Below, in pieces: positions 41,146 to 52,995 of a stretch of 64,000 bases of DNA. A program made the position numbers and the translations under genes. Source of the stretch: Podarcis cretensis (lineage: Eukaryota); contig OX638149.1 of the NCBI GenBank assembly GCA_951804945.1, forward strand, positions 41,044,001-41,108,000. Direction: 5' to 3'. The notes under the pieces were generated by a model. That model did no database searches. It had not been told where the DNA came from and worked only from the letters and a program-made list of their open reading frames with translations. Every line of letters begins with the position of its first letter. Position 1 is the stretch's first letter.

Positions 41146-41822
41146 CAGGCATCACCCCACTTATCTGCGTTCTACTCATGTATGAAGGGGGCGCAGGTGG
41201 CACTGTGGTCTAAACCACTGAGCCTCTTGGACTTGCCAGTCAGGGTGAGCTCCTGTTGCTCAGTCCCAGCTCCTGCCAACCTGGCAGTTCAAAAACACGC
41301 CCCCCAAAAAAGAGTGCAAGTAGATAAATAGGTACCGCTCCAGCGGGAAGGTAAATGGCCTTTCTGTGTGCTGCTCTGGTCTCGGTGTTCTGGCCACATG
41401 ACCTGGAAAAACTGTCTGCGGACAAACGCCAGCTCCCTCAGCCTGTAAAGCGAGATGAGCACCGCAACCCCAGAGTCGTCTGCGACTGGACTTTACTGTC
41501 AGGGGTCCTTTACCTTTACCTTTTACTCATGTATGACCGCTTTTATGCAGGTCACTGTGAAATAAATAAACTGCTGCCTGGAAATTGCTCTCAGACGCTC
41601 ACTCACTCACTGTAATGGAGGAGGGGACTGGAGGGAAGGCACGCTGGGCAGTGGCCCTAAGCCAGGTAGTGGCCCCGAGCGACTTCAAGGCAGCAGCCCT
41701 CGTGGTACACCTCTCTCTCTACACCCCATGTGCCCATCCTATTAAAGTGGGATGCTGCCCACTTTACATGATTTCAGTTTTGTGTGCGGAATGTAACCCC
41801 TGCGTAAGAGGGGGGACACATG
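41146..41822. mobile_element. Tc1/mariner-type MITE hosting a Sauria SINE
   Basis: TA|CAGGCATCACCCCACTTA ... TAAGAGGGGGGACACATG|TA, imperfect TIRs with TA TSD. Confidence 0.55.
41186..41523 (+). mobile_element. Sauria SINE with B box deleted
   Basis: GGGGGCGCAGGTGGCACTGTGGTCTAAACC head, gtgcaagtagataaataggtacc core, (ACCTTT)n tail; 13-bp TSD tactcatgtatga (41173-41185, 41524-41536). Confidence 0.92.
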
Positions 41823-43290
41823 TACACCACCTCACCTGACTGAACTGGTGTGAAAATATTTCTCTGCTGCTGTTTATATTTCCTGTTTCATAACCCTTAT
41901 TTTATTTTGAATATTTTATGCTTCAGTTGTTCAGGGTATTGTTTTACTTTTGTTGCTGTTTTAATTATTGCACCATTTTGGGGGGTTTGCAGCACAAACC
42001 AGTATGAAAAGTATAAATAGCTGGGTTATCCATCTAGGGTCATTAAAGTGGTTATAGTAGGAAAAGTCCTACACAACAGTTGGAATGTTAACCTAATTCC
42101 CATGCCCTTAGTACATTTGTTCCACTTTATTATCTGTGATTTTAATTTTAGAAGACCGATGCAAATACTACTATTTAAAACACTATCTTACGATACACAT
42201 ATTCATGAATTCCACTGTAGTTTGTAGGCGATAATGTGGCTTTCTAAACACAAACTAATCACAAATTGTTATCTTCTCTTCCCTCCCCCCCTTATTAGAA
42301 TGTATTAAGGAGAGCATTCCTCAGTGTGAATTTCAGAAATAATGAAAACAAAATTGACTAAATCAAAAAACCACAATGAGTGAACTCCAACTTTTAAGTG
42401 CTATGGGAACAGAACCATTAGTTACTTTAAGTAAGCACTGTTAAAATAAAATCAATACATAGTACCATCAAAATAAACACTTTCCACTACTGCTTTTTTT
42501 AAAGAGACACAAAAGAAATATAAAGTACAGTATGTCTGACATCAGCGAGTAATCACATTATTTATAGCTCTGAGAGGCAATAAGAATAATCAGGTATATG
42601 TTAACATGATCCCTTCCCCTTTTTCAAAGCAGAGCAAATGTGAGCCAACAATTCCCTCTATCTGTATCTGAAAGGTATGAATTGCAATCCACAGTAGAGC
42701 ACCCCCACAAACATTACCCTTGAGGACTGTTATAAGTTGGGGGGAAGATAAGGCCTTAAAGCGCTAGATTCAGTAAAGGGTTAGAATTCTGGTGATGGCT
42801 CGCAGGGGGTGGGTAAGTGAAGACACAAAAAGCTGGTAATAGCTTGGTATGTTTGATAATGGTGAGACAGTGGCCCTTGATGGAAGCTGCAGGGAAAAGG
42901 TGGTCACTTTGCAACAGGCTTGGGAAATGGAGGTTTCCAGGGTCACAGTGGGTGATGCTGTAAGTAAATCAGGGAGTTGTTTTTTTCTGAAAGTGGTACT
43001 GGGAAAAAGGAGAAGGGAGTGGGCAAAATGCCTGTGGGAGTGGAGAAGAAGCAGGGATAACCACGAGGCACAAATGACATGGCTGATTCCCATTTGTAGA
43101 TCACAGTTTGCTGCTCTTAGGAGAACAACAAATGCTGGGAAATATCTTCATCTTGATGCAGGTTGTAAATATAGGTAACCTATATGTAAACCATATTCCA
43201 TAAAGACACTGCAGTCTCTGCTGTGGCTCATTTTTTTCAAAGGAAACACTAGCCCTTGTTACATGCCAAGACCCCCATAATCTCTGCTGA

Positions 43291-43382
43291 GAGACGCCCA
43301 AAGTGGCTGGGGAGACCTAGCCAGATGGGTGGGGTATAAATAATAAAATTATTATTATTATTAATAATAATAGTAATAGTAA
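43291..43382 (+). mobile_element. Short L2-type 3' tail with (ATT/AAT)n
   Basis: gacgcccaaagtggctggggagacctagccagatgggtggggtataaataataaaattattatt. Confidence 0.65.
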
Positions 43383-44148
43383 TCTCAGCAGAGATTGGGG
43401 TGGCATGTAACTAAGAATACTTTTTACATGTCTTGAAACTTGTCACTATAAGAGCTGAACCAAAACAAGTGAAACTGGGGCCAATTTTCTAACATAAATT
43501 CAGCCAACACAGCATAACAGGAAGATACAATGCCTGGTATGTCTGAATGGATTATAAACACAGATTAATCTACGTTCTGTTGCAGGAGAATGACCACCAC
43601 CAACAGGAACCCAGGAAAAATTCAGAACAAGTTCCTTATTTAGTTCAGAATCAGTCATTTTTTGTGGCTCAATTTATTATACTTTGAAAACAACATTTAA
43701 GGAAGATGCACCTTTGCTTCATTACAGTTCTCAAATATTTTCTAAATATTTTTTCCCTTTTGATGCATGCTAGTTAAAAAAAAGAGAAGATGGAGGGAAT
43801 TCTGTATCAAGGTGCTCAATATTCATTCAGACTAGGGACAACTCCCCCAATCTTAAGACATCTCAGTGGCTTGCCTAGAAAGGTGTCTTCCACTAGAAGA
43901 ATTGTGTGCATTGTGTGAGGGGGGAAAGACCCAAACTGAATGATGCTGACCAATTTGTATAAGCTTTCTTTTTTCCAAAACTCAAGACCTTTCTATAATC
44001 CATCAGAGTGTACATGCTGCAACCTGCAACTCCTGTTCTTCCTTATTTTTGTAATGTTCATAGTATCATAGTATAAGATACATTGTAACACTGAACTAAC
44101 AAAATAATCCACTAGCTACCACAAGAGTTCACATAACAGCATTACGTA

Positions 44149-44390
44149 CAGTGAAACCTCGGGTTACATACGCTTCAGGCTGCATACGCTTCAGGTTACA
44201 GACTCCGCTAACCCAGAAATAGTACCTCAAGTTAAGAACTTTGCTTCAGGATGAGAACAGAAATCGTGCTCTGGCAGAGCGGCAGCAGCAGGAGGCCCCA
44301 TTAGTTAAAGTGGTGCTTCAGGTTAAGAACAGTTTCACGTTAAGAATGGACCTCTGGAACGAATTAAGTACTTAACCTGGGGTACCACTG
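44149..44390. mobile_element. Tc1/mariner (Tigger-like) MITE
   Basis: TA|CAGTGAAACCTCGGGTTA ... TAACCTGGGGTACCACTG|TA; internal gcttcagg repeats. Confidence 0.88.
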
Positions 44391-44721
44391 TACTACATTT
44401 CCCTGCTTCCTCTGATGGTTCTTTGACTCCAAGCCTATGTCTTTTGATATTTAGCTGTTTGATCTTAAAGAATCTTAGAGAACATAGTAGAGCGGACTAG
44501 ATTCATTGTTCACATATAACTGAATGCCATAAACATGGTTGCTGGAAGTAAATGACATTTTTCTTTATATAGCACAGTCTACAGTAACTAAAGCAAAGAG
44601 TTAAACAGCTATTCATGAAAAAACCTACAATAATGCCAGTCTGGGACTATCATGGCAAAACAAACATGCAAACAAACCTGGACTCCAGTCTGCTTTAAGC
44701 TGTTGAACTCAAAAAGTGCTA

Positions 44722-44764
44722 CTAGATAACCATCGTGGTCCCTTCCAATTCTACAATTCTATGA
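44722..44764 (+). mobile_element. CR1 extreme 3' tail
   Basis: ctagataaccatcgtggtcccttccaattctacaattctatga. Confidence 0.7.
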
Positions 44765-44767
44765 CAT

Positions 44768-44770
<3 letters not shown>

Positions 44771-44843
<73 letters not shown>

Positions 44844-44848
44844 CACAC
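44771..44848. repeat. Compound (AT)n(AC)n(AT)n microsatellite
   Basis: Direct reading. Confidence 0.95.
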
Positions 44849-46165
44849 TATCACATCACATCACAAATTACTGAAGCTGCAATCCTTAACTTAACTTCTA
44901 GACCTCACTGAGACTTACTTCTAAGTTCACATGCACAGGGCTGCACTGTAAATTATAGAAGACTTAGCAATAATTATAACAACAGCTATTTGGATTGTCT
45001 GACAGTTTTATCAGACATAGAGCTAGAATGTAAGGCACAAATGCCAACAGATCTTAGGGGGAAAGCCTATTCTTTGGTAGACAGCAATATCCAATGGTTC
45101 ACACAGTCCATCCGATGGTGGAACGTCACGTATGGTGACTGTATCTTACACGTTGGATTTTAATCCAGTTAGATTTATACTTTGGTATAAATTTAGATTT
45201 ATAAATTTAGATTTATACTTTGGTATGCTTCTTACAAATGTAAAAATGATATATTTTTATTTCTTTTACACAGATCAATTATACATAAAAATTAAAATGG
45301 TAGCCACATGATAATACACATTATAATCCACAGCTAATTTTTTAGTCTATGGGAAAAATCTGTTTTGTATTTTGCATTCAAATCAGCTCTAGCAATGAAG
45401 GAATATTTTCATCATTATTTTATCAAATGATTTTGCTTAGTTGAGGTTTTTTTAAGTCCAAGAAAATGAGCTTTCTTTAATGTTTTTTCTTCTACATTAT
45501 TCCAAAACCTCCGCAACAAGACAACCCCCCACACACATACATTTGCTTATAATTTCACCCTACTTTTTCTCTTTTTGCTCTAACTTCCCTTTCATGTGCC
45601 TCTCAACTTTCATTTACTATTCATATATTTACTTTACATACACTCCTTCTCTATCTCCAAATCATTAGTAGCTATTGTGGGGAGAGGAAAACAGTTGAAA
45701 AGATTACTGCAGGGGCACTTTCAGACCACACTTCTCTCCTGTTCTTTCAATCTTTTCTGCATTTTTAGGGAATAAATCTCTTAAAAGTCCTGAAACTCCA
45801 AACACACTCTCTTTCCTTCTGTGTCTCTTTCAGATTCTCACCAGTTTGGCCTCAGGCTAGTTTCGTAATAATAAAAAATCCCAAACCTGATATTCAGCAT
45901 GAGATCCATAACACAGCAATCTCACTCTGAACAATACGTTTCATTACAGCAGCTCTATTGACTCCTTTGCTTGAAATAGTTTGAATTTCCCACCAGCTCA
46001 GTTGTGTGATATTTGGCCTCTTTTAGGCTAGCTAGCTCTTCCTAGAGGAAACCTACAGGGCAAAGAATAGAAAGCTCATGAGCCCTGAGGGCTTGCTTCA
46101 AAGAATACAAAGTCTTAGGAAAAAGTTTACTGGAGCTGTAATTTGGTATGAATAAAGTCTTCAAC

Positions 46166-46385
46166 AGCAGACTATTCTGAGTGTATATTATAATCTAATT
46201 CCAGTTGCCACTTAGAGCTGTGGCATCATCCTAGAAAGCCAAATTCAAAATTTTACTGAAGCTATAATTTTGGATGTATACGGTACTCGATAGCAGACCA
46301 TGCTGAGGACATATCACCATCTAATTCCAGTTGCGGTTTTGAGCTGAGATGTCATTCTAGAAAGCCAAATTTGAAATTGCACAGG
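46166..46385 (+). repeat. Diverged tandem duplication, period 126 bp
   Basis: agcagac...tctaattccagttgc...ctagaaagccaaatt occurs at 46166/46194 and again at 46292/46320. Confidence 0.8.
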
Positions 46386-46489
46386 TTTTAAGAGTTCTAA
46401 AGTAACTTTCAGACAGAACTATACTGAAACTCACCCACTGTGAGTTTTTGCATGGCACATACAGCTATGTTTATGTTACTAGTCCTGGA

Positions 46490-46725
46490 GTATCCACAGC
46501 AAATGACCAGAGGAAGAATAACTGCTGGGAGGATGCAGAAAGAAAAAATGTCATAGTATACCTGCACCAGCACAACAGACGCCTTCATCTGCCCTGGCTG
46601 CAACAAAACATGTCTTTCCCGTGTTGGTCTCTACAACCACACCAGGCACTGTAACTCTCAAATGGTTTGACTTCATCCCCAAGGCGCACTCTTCTATTGT
46701 CTCCTGAGACAGATGAACGACAACC
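46490..46725 (+). mobile_element. RTE-clade LINE 3' fragment (C-terminal zinc finger)
   Basis: 46581-46655 translates AFICPGCNKTCLSRVGLYNHTRHCN; terminus tgtctcctgagacagatgaacgacaac. Confidence 0.8.
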
Positions 46726-47004
46726 ATTTACTGCACCGTGTAAAACCTGAACCTTCTCTAAATGCACCATGTTTGAAAAAATAGGATAGGATTTTGCAGG
46801 GTGGGGGAATAAGGTTCTTTCTCTTGGCAGCTTATCTGTGCCTAAGAAGATGGCCTGGTTCACATGTCATCATGTCAGGCCCATGTGAAGTGGTATGGTG
46901 TAGATTCCCAGTGTGAACTGGCAAACCTGTAGACTTTGCTCCTGCTCAGTTATTTTGCTGCTGTGCCACCATTAGTCTGGAGAGAGCTAAACCACAAGCA
47001 TTTG

Positions 47005-47145
47005 TTAAAATGGTATGCTAATCCAATCCATGGCTTAGCATAGCACAGCAGCAAAATAACCAGGAAAGAGTGAAGCAACTGTAATTTTCTCCCTGGAAGA
47101 TTCATGCTAAGCCATGGTTTGACTTAGCATGATATGAAAACCAGA
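47005..47145. repeat. Foldback MITE
   Basis: Inverted arms ccatggcttagcat / atgctaagccatgg. Confidence 0.6.
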
Positions 47146-47684
47146 CTTTTGTGTGATAAAAGTTCAGGTATGAAAAAAGACAAAGCAGCTAAGATTTATT
47201 AAGGTACTGCAAATTTTCTACAAAGGCTCACTTCAGATACACATGAAACCATATGTGAAATATTTAACAATAATGAACATTATGTGATACAGAATGATAT
47301 CTGAATTTTAAGAAAACATTGGTTTATTATCATATTGTAAACCATTAAAAGCCAACCCACCAACTGCACTGAAAAACATTCAGTAAGACTTTCACTGAAT
47401 GCTTTAAAATGTTCAACAAATTAGCAGAAAACAAACAAGCAATTAAAAGAAGTCTGCTAAAAACACAGAAACAAAAAAAACCACACCTGGGGAAATAGTT
47501 ACAGTTTTCAGAAGATAGTTTTTTAACCTCTAAATTGCTCACAAAGTACATTTATTTTCAAATTACTGTATACATTTTAAAGTATTTAATCAGGACTATG
47601 CAAAGCCCCTCTTTCTTGATCTGATTTGGGTTCCAACTCAGCGATCTGGATTGACCCCCAGTCTGGAATAGATTGATCTGGACC

Positions 47685-47789
47685 TTAGTTCCAGCACCTC
47701 TCAGGTGGGCGCCATTGACATTATAAGAGAACAAGGGAGGCTTATTTATGGAGAATTCCGGCACCTCTTTTTCTATAAAAATAGCACTG
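47685..47789 (-). mobile_element. hAT-type MITE, same family as 40241
   Basis: The reverse complement gives cagtgctattttta tagaaaaagaggtgccggaa...tggcgcccacctgagaggtgctggaact. Confidence 0.75.
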
Positions 47790-48127
47790 AAGATAGCCAT
47801 ATTCAAATATTTATAGGGCTGTCACATGGAAGATGGAGCAAACTTGTTTTCTCCTGCTCCGGTGGGTAGGACCTGAACCAATGGAATTAGTTACAAGAAA
47901 GCAGATTCCAACTAAACATCAGGAAGAGCTTTCTGACAGTAAGAGCTATTCGACAGTGGAACAGACTCCTTCGGAAGGTGGTGGATTTTCCTTCCTTGGA
48001 GGTTTTTAAGCAGAGCTGGGGTGGCCATCTGTTATGGGTGCTCTCCATGAGATTCCTAGATTGCAGGGTTTGGACTAGATGATCCTCATAGACCCTTCCA
48101 ACTCTATGATTCTACAAGTCTATGATT
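47790..48127 (+). mobile_element. CR1 3' fragment
   Basis: IAIFKY..GCHMEDGANLFS...NG..LQESRFQLNIRKSFLTVRAIRQWNRL, then ggactagatgatcctc...cccttccaactctatgattcta tail. Confidence 0.88.
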
Positions 48128-48840
48128 ATATTGTCTTTTTTTTAGTTGTAATAAAAACCTTCTACATTGAATTCCAGACTCTACCTGCCTTTCGTAATTT
48201 AGAGTAATTTCATCTTGGACAGTATGGTCAATGCAACCATTCATGTTACTTTAGTTCCTACTAGGACTGTGCATCGTATTCTGCTGAGTCCCAAGACCTG
48301 AACCAAATCAGGCTGATTTGGGAAACTCCAGGCATTGGTTCAATCATGTTGAGCTAACCCTGGATTGCCATGGGTTGTACTGTGTGGCAGTCACATAGCA
48401 AACTGGAGCTCTCAGGGGATAGGGCGTAGGAAGGCAAGGCAGGTATGGGCAGGAAGGAGAAACCGTGAAAAGGAAGAACCTACTAGCTCTTCTTCGCAGG
48501 AGAAGGTAGGGATCAGTGGCTTCTTCTTCCCACCAGGCCTCTCCTTTCTCCAGTGTCCTGAAGCAGAACCACACAGGAACAAATCCTTCCATGTGCAGTG
48601 CTGCTTGCTGCTCCTTTGTGAGCAGCTTCCCTGCATGGAGAAAAGCCATTCACAAAGAAGCAGCACCTCATAGGATCCAATCCTTGTGCTGGTAAACAGG
48701 ATTAGGTCCTGTGTGGCATAATTTTTGCTCCTTTACAAGTGGCCAGAGGAGGAGATCAGAAGCATTTACTCCCAGTTTTAGACAAGCTACAGTCTCCTGT
48801 GATGTCTGAACATGGGGAATTGTGAGGTAAGCTATGGTTA

Positions 48841-49164
48841 AAGTAATGGTACAGTTGCGGACGACTCTGGGGTTGTGTGCTCATCTCGCTCTATAGGCTG
48901 AGGGAGCCGGCATTTGTACACAGACAGCTTCCAGGTCATGTGGCCAGCATGACTAACCCGCTTCTGGCGAACCAGAGCAGCGCATGGAAATGCCGTTTAC
49001 CTTCTCGCCAGAGTGGTACCTATTTATCTACTTGCACTTTGACGTGCTTTCGAACTGCTAGGTGGGCAGGAGCTGGGACCGAAAAATGGGAGCTCACCCT
49101 GTCGTGGGGATTCGAACCACCGACCTTGTGATCAGCAAGCCCTAGGCTCTGTGGTTTAGACCAC
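48841..49164 (-). mobile_element. Sauria SINE, slightly 5'-truncated
   Basis: B box retained (ggattcgaacc 49108-49118), core tatttatctacttgcac; 12-bp TSD aagctatggtta (48829-48840, 49165-49176). Confidence 0.9.
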
Positions 49165-50467
49165 AAGCTATGGTTAGTAAGGATCAAATTGTATTTCATA
49201 CCTTGGCTTATTCTAAAACTCTATTTTAAACAAACCACAGTTGTCTGATCTCAGATGTCACAGAGAATTGTGGCTGGTTTCAAACCGAAGTAGATTTTTT
49301 TTTTAATCTCCTCCACTGGCTTATGAACGAGGAGAAAAAGAAAGGGAGTATGCATGTAATTCATTCAGGTAGTGAAAAAGCATCATTTCCTGCTATATCT
49401 GAATTGTGTCAATGACTTATCCAACCCTATTCTGCGAATCAAAAATCCATCTTCATGATCTCATTGGCTATACCACACTTAAGTGAACTAATCTAGAAAG
49501 AGGGTTATTGTGTTCATTCACAAGGTGGGAGGGAGCATAAATCACACAGAAGAGTCAGAAAGAGGCAATAACCCTCACTCCATCTGTGAAGGAAAACATA
49601 TTCCCTAGGGCCAAGTGCACCTCTTCTATATAATATGAATATGAGATGGATGTAGAGCAGAAGGGAGATGTGAACTCCAGGAAACAGGTTTTCTTTTGAT
49701 TCACTGAAAAAATGTTATTTAAGGGCTGGGAGGAAGATTGGTTGTGAAGAAAGATACCACCACAAACAATACATTCCTGGGCATAGTAGAACTTACAAAG
49801 CCAATATTTTGCTTATATTTGTAGCTATTTTTAATCTAGTTATATCCCTGTAGACTTGCTTATGCAATACACTCTGATAGGCTGTGTGTTTATAATAGAA
49901 CTGGAAGAAAGACAAGGAAGGAGAATTTAAGCCTGTATAATTTAGAAGCCAAACAGAGAACAGTAGCATGCAAAATGGTGAATAAAGAGTATATATGTAG
50001 CATCTGGAATAGTATAGTGGTGTCTACAGCATACTAAATGCAAATTTCTTGTCTCAGTAAGGTTTCTAAAATTAAATTATTTACAGTTTGGATTGTCTCT
50101 GTAATTGTAAGAATAGCAAAAAAACAAAATCAAAAAGACAGATGGTGACAGAATTGACACAGACGCCATATTTTATAAAAGAGGAAATGATATGGCAAAG
50201 GACTAGAAGCTTGAATATACTGGCCTCTGTTAAAAAGTATATTTTTATTTATTTATTTATTTATTTTATTATTATTTATTCTTTTAAATGAAAGATTAAA
50301 AATGACGGACAGCAGATTCAGTTGGGCACTAGTGCAACATTCATGCGTAGAAGAACTCTAAAAAGTGCACCAGATGTCTGTTTTCCCTGTTCTTTCCCAT
50401 CATCTCAAATCTACTGGTGTGCTCCCAACCCCTGTAAAATGAGTACGTTGGTAAGAAGGTATGGCAG

Positions 50468-50470
<3 letters not shown>

Positions 50471-50510
<40 letters not shown>
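50471..50510. repeat. (GT)20 microsatellite
   Basis: Direct reading. Confidence 0.95.
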
Positions 50511-50511
<1 letters not shown>

Positions 50512-51394
50512 CATGCAGACTCCTCATATTTACACCCAGACTTTTGCGTGCCATCAAGTTACTTGCACTTGGAGCATTAGTAACTTGTATAGAATGGAGC
50601 AGAGTAGGGGGAATGGATGTAGTTATAGGGGGCGGGAAAGTGGCCTCCCATTGCCTGCCTCACTTCCTCAGCAGTGTACTCAGGTTAGCAGACACTTGGA
50701 GCAGGCGGCTCTGCCACTTTGCACCCATTCTCAGCTTCACTGGTACGTAGCTTATTGTCCACAGAGATCCTTTGTAGAAACAGAGCTAATGCTGATGGGA
50801 ACTCTGATATCCAGTTTGAAGTACAAATAAGCCAAGAGATGTTTCTGAAACCTGGCAGCCTATTCAAAATGCCATTCCCCATGCTCCCAATACATTATAG
50901 CATATTTATGCATTAAAATCTGTTTAATGCATACATTTATACATTTACACACTAGATATACATATACGGATGCAATTATATACAAGCATGTGCCTAATTA
51001 GAAACATTGCGGCATAATAAAGGTTCTTACGACACCATGCGTAATGTAAAAAAGAATCAAATAATGCTGTTTCATGCAATATGACATCATTTCCTGGAAT
51101 TAAACAATGATGGTGGAAATGCAGGTAGCCCTAAGTAATTTTCATCCTCAAACAATTCACAGATGTTTTCCTTTGTCTAGTAGAAATCAATACAGAGCTG
51201 GAACACATTCATTCTCTGTATCTGTCTTTTCTCTCTCAGCAAGGCAACTGCATAATACAAACAGATCTTTGTCTCATAAAAGCAACCAAACAACTATGTT
51301 GAAAATAAGCATACCTAGCCCCATCTGACATTGTTGTCCACCAATTTTACAATCCTACTGATGGTACAATACTTGACGGCAAAATGTTTGGCTC

Positions 51395-51483
51395 TAACAG
51401 CACAACCCTATACATGACTACTCAGAAGTTCCATTGGGTTCATTGGGGCTTACTCCCAGGTAGGTGGGTATAGGATTGCAGCT
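51395..51483. repeat. Short foldback MITE, same family as 8749
   Basis: gcacaaccctatacatgactactcagaagt...gggcttactcccaggtagg...taggattgcagc. Confidence 0.65.
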
Positions 51484-51589
51484 ATGGATGGTACTAATGG
51501 TTCTCTTCCGATGCTTCTGGATCCTTTAAAAAGCCTACCCAGATATTTGGTTATCCATGTATTGGCTGTGTCACACAGGGCTACAGTGA

Positions 51590-51756
51590 GAGGGGGAAAT
51601 TGTCTGAAATCAAGTGGAGGAACCTTGTGTCAGTGGACTCCACTGTGGAAGGACGTGTGGATCCAAAATTGGCCTCCACAGTCATTTACAGATTCATTTT
51701 TAAAACCGTGTTTATGGAAGACAATCTTACTCGGCTATGAGTGATTGCCAAAGAAG
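51590..51756 (+). mobile_element. RTE-clade LINE 3' fragment (second family)
   Basis: 51641-51697 translates HCGRTCGSKIGLHSHLQIH; tail ggaagacaatcttactcggctatgagtgattgccaaagaag. Confidence 0.75.
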
Positions 51757-52729
51757 ACTGGTGCAAGGTTCCTATTCCTGATTTCAGGTTATTCCAGCCC
51801 TGTAGAACCATCTTGAAAGGCTTTTCAGAAGGTGCAGGTGCTGCAGACAGGGGGAAAGGAACAAACTTTATAGCTGCCTTCGAATCACACAACTCCTGGA
51901 GACAACTCTATGTGAATGTAGCATCCCCTCCTACACGTACAGCCACTTCTGTTGTGTCTTTTAGAATGTCTGATTGGAAAAGTCTAACAACCCTAAAACA
52001 CAGAACTCCTACTTCGTTGTCTTTCAGTGCAATGTTGTCTCCCATTACTATCTTTCCTCTGACAAACTCCTGATAAGCTTTTCAACAAATCCCAGAACAC
52101 TTTTCTAAAACAATGCCCATAGGCCACAGCCTGGCCCTGCCAGCTCCAAAATGTTAGTGGCTTCTCAGGAAAGATGCCCTCAGAGAGCCCCTATAAAATA
52201 TGAGTAATTGGTAGAGACCTGTGATGGAACATGCATCTACTTCTCCCACAGTACCAATAATTACCGTAGCTCCCCCTCCTAAATGCACACAGACAATTTC
52301 AATGTTTCTTGCTAATGTTACCAGTGCTCTCATTCGTGCACCGATATACCTTTCTCATTTTTTAAAGGCTGTGGCCTTGCATCTAGTATCTCCAAAATGT
52401 ACTCTGTATTCCCTTTGCTGTCAGTCTCCTTTTCATGAGGGTGGGCTACCCCCTCTGAAAAGAAAGTGGAATAACTGAAAGTTGTTCATTGTGCAAAACA
52501 ACTATCTCCTTCTGGCAACTAGCATGCTTCTGGGTTGCTTCTGACATTAATGTCTTTTGCCGAATTGTCACTGTTTTGGTACCCTTTCTCCCATAGCTAC
52601 ACATAACACTACCTAGGTGCCCTGGAAGGTGACAGTGGCAAGAAGCTGAGAAATAATGCCCACTCCAGTGAATGGAGGACCCCTTGCTCATGCATCCACC
52701 CTGTCAAACTCTCAGAAAAGGCTTATCCG

Positions 52730-52995
52730 TACTTACCTTTCCGCTGCTCTTTCCAGGCACAGTCTGCATTTTAAAGCTCCATGTCCAAGAACCCCCCCCT
52801 TTTTTTTTTTTGCTCCAGAGCTTTCCCCATGAAAATCTGTTCTTTAAGCCTCAACCACAGCAAATGGCAATCCACTTAAACCCAAACTGAGCACTAAAAA
52901 GCAGGTTTTTGCAGGGAAAGCTCCAGGGCAAAAAACCCCAAATGCTCAGCTTTTAAGTGCAGCGTTGTGCCTGGAAAGAGCAGGGCAAAACGTAA
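52730..52995. repeat. Foldback MITE
   Basis: Inverted arms ctgctctttccaggcaca / tgtgcctggaaagagcag and gagctttccc / gggaaagctc. Confidence 0.7.

Noticed and set aside
42770-43100. Paired ORFs of 107 and 109 aa
   Set aside because: Purine-skewed sequence, probably a very old L2 fragment; no motif is strong enough for a feature call.
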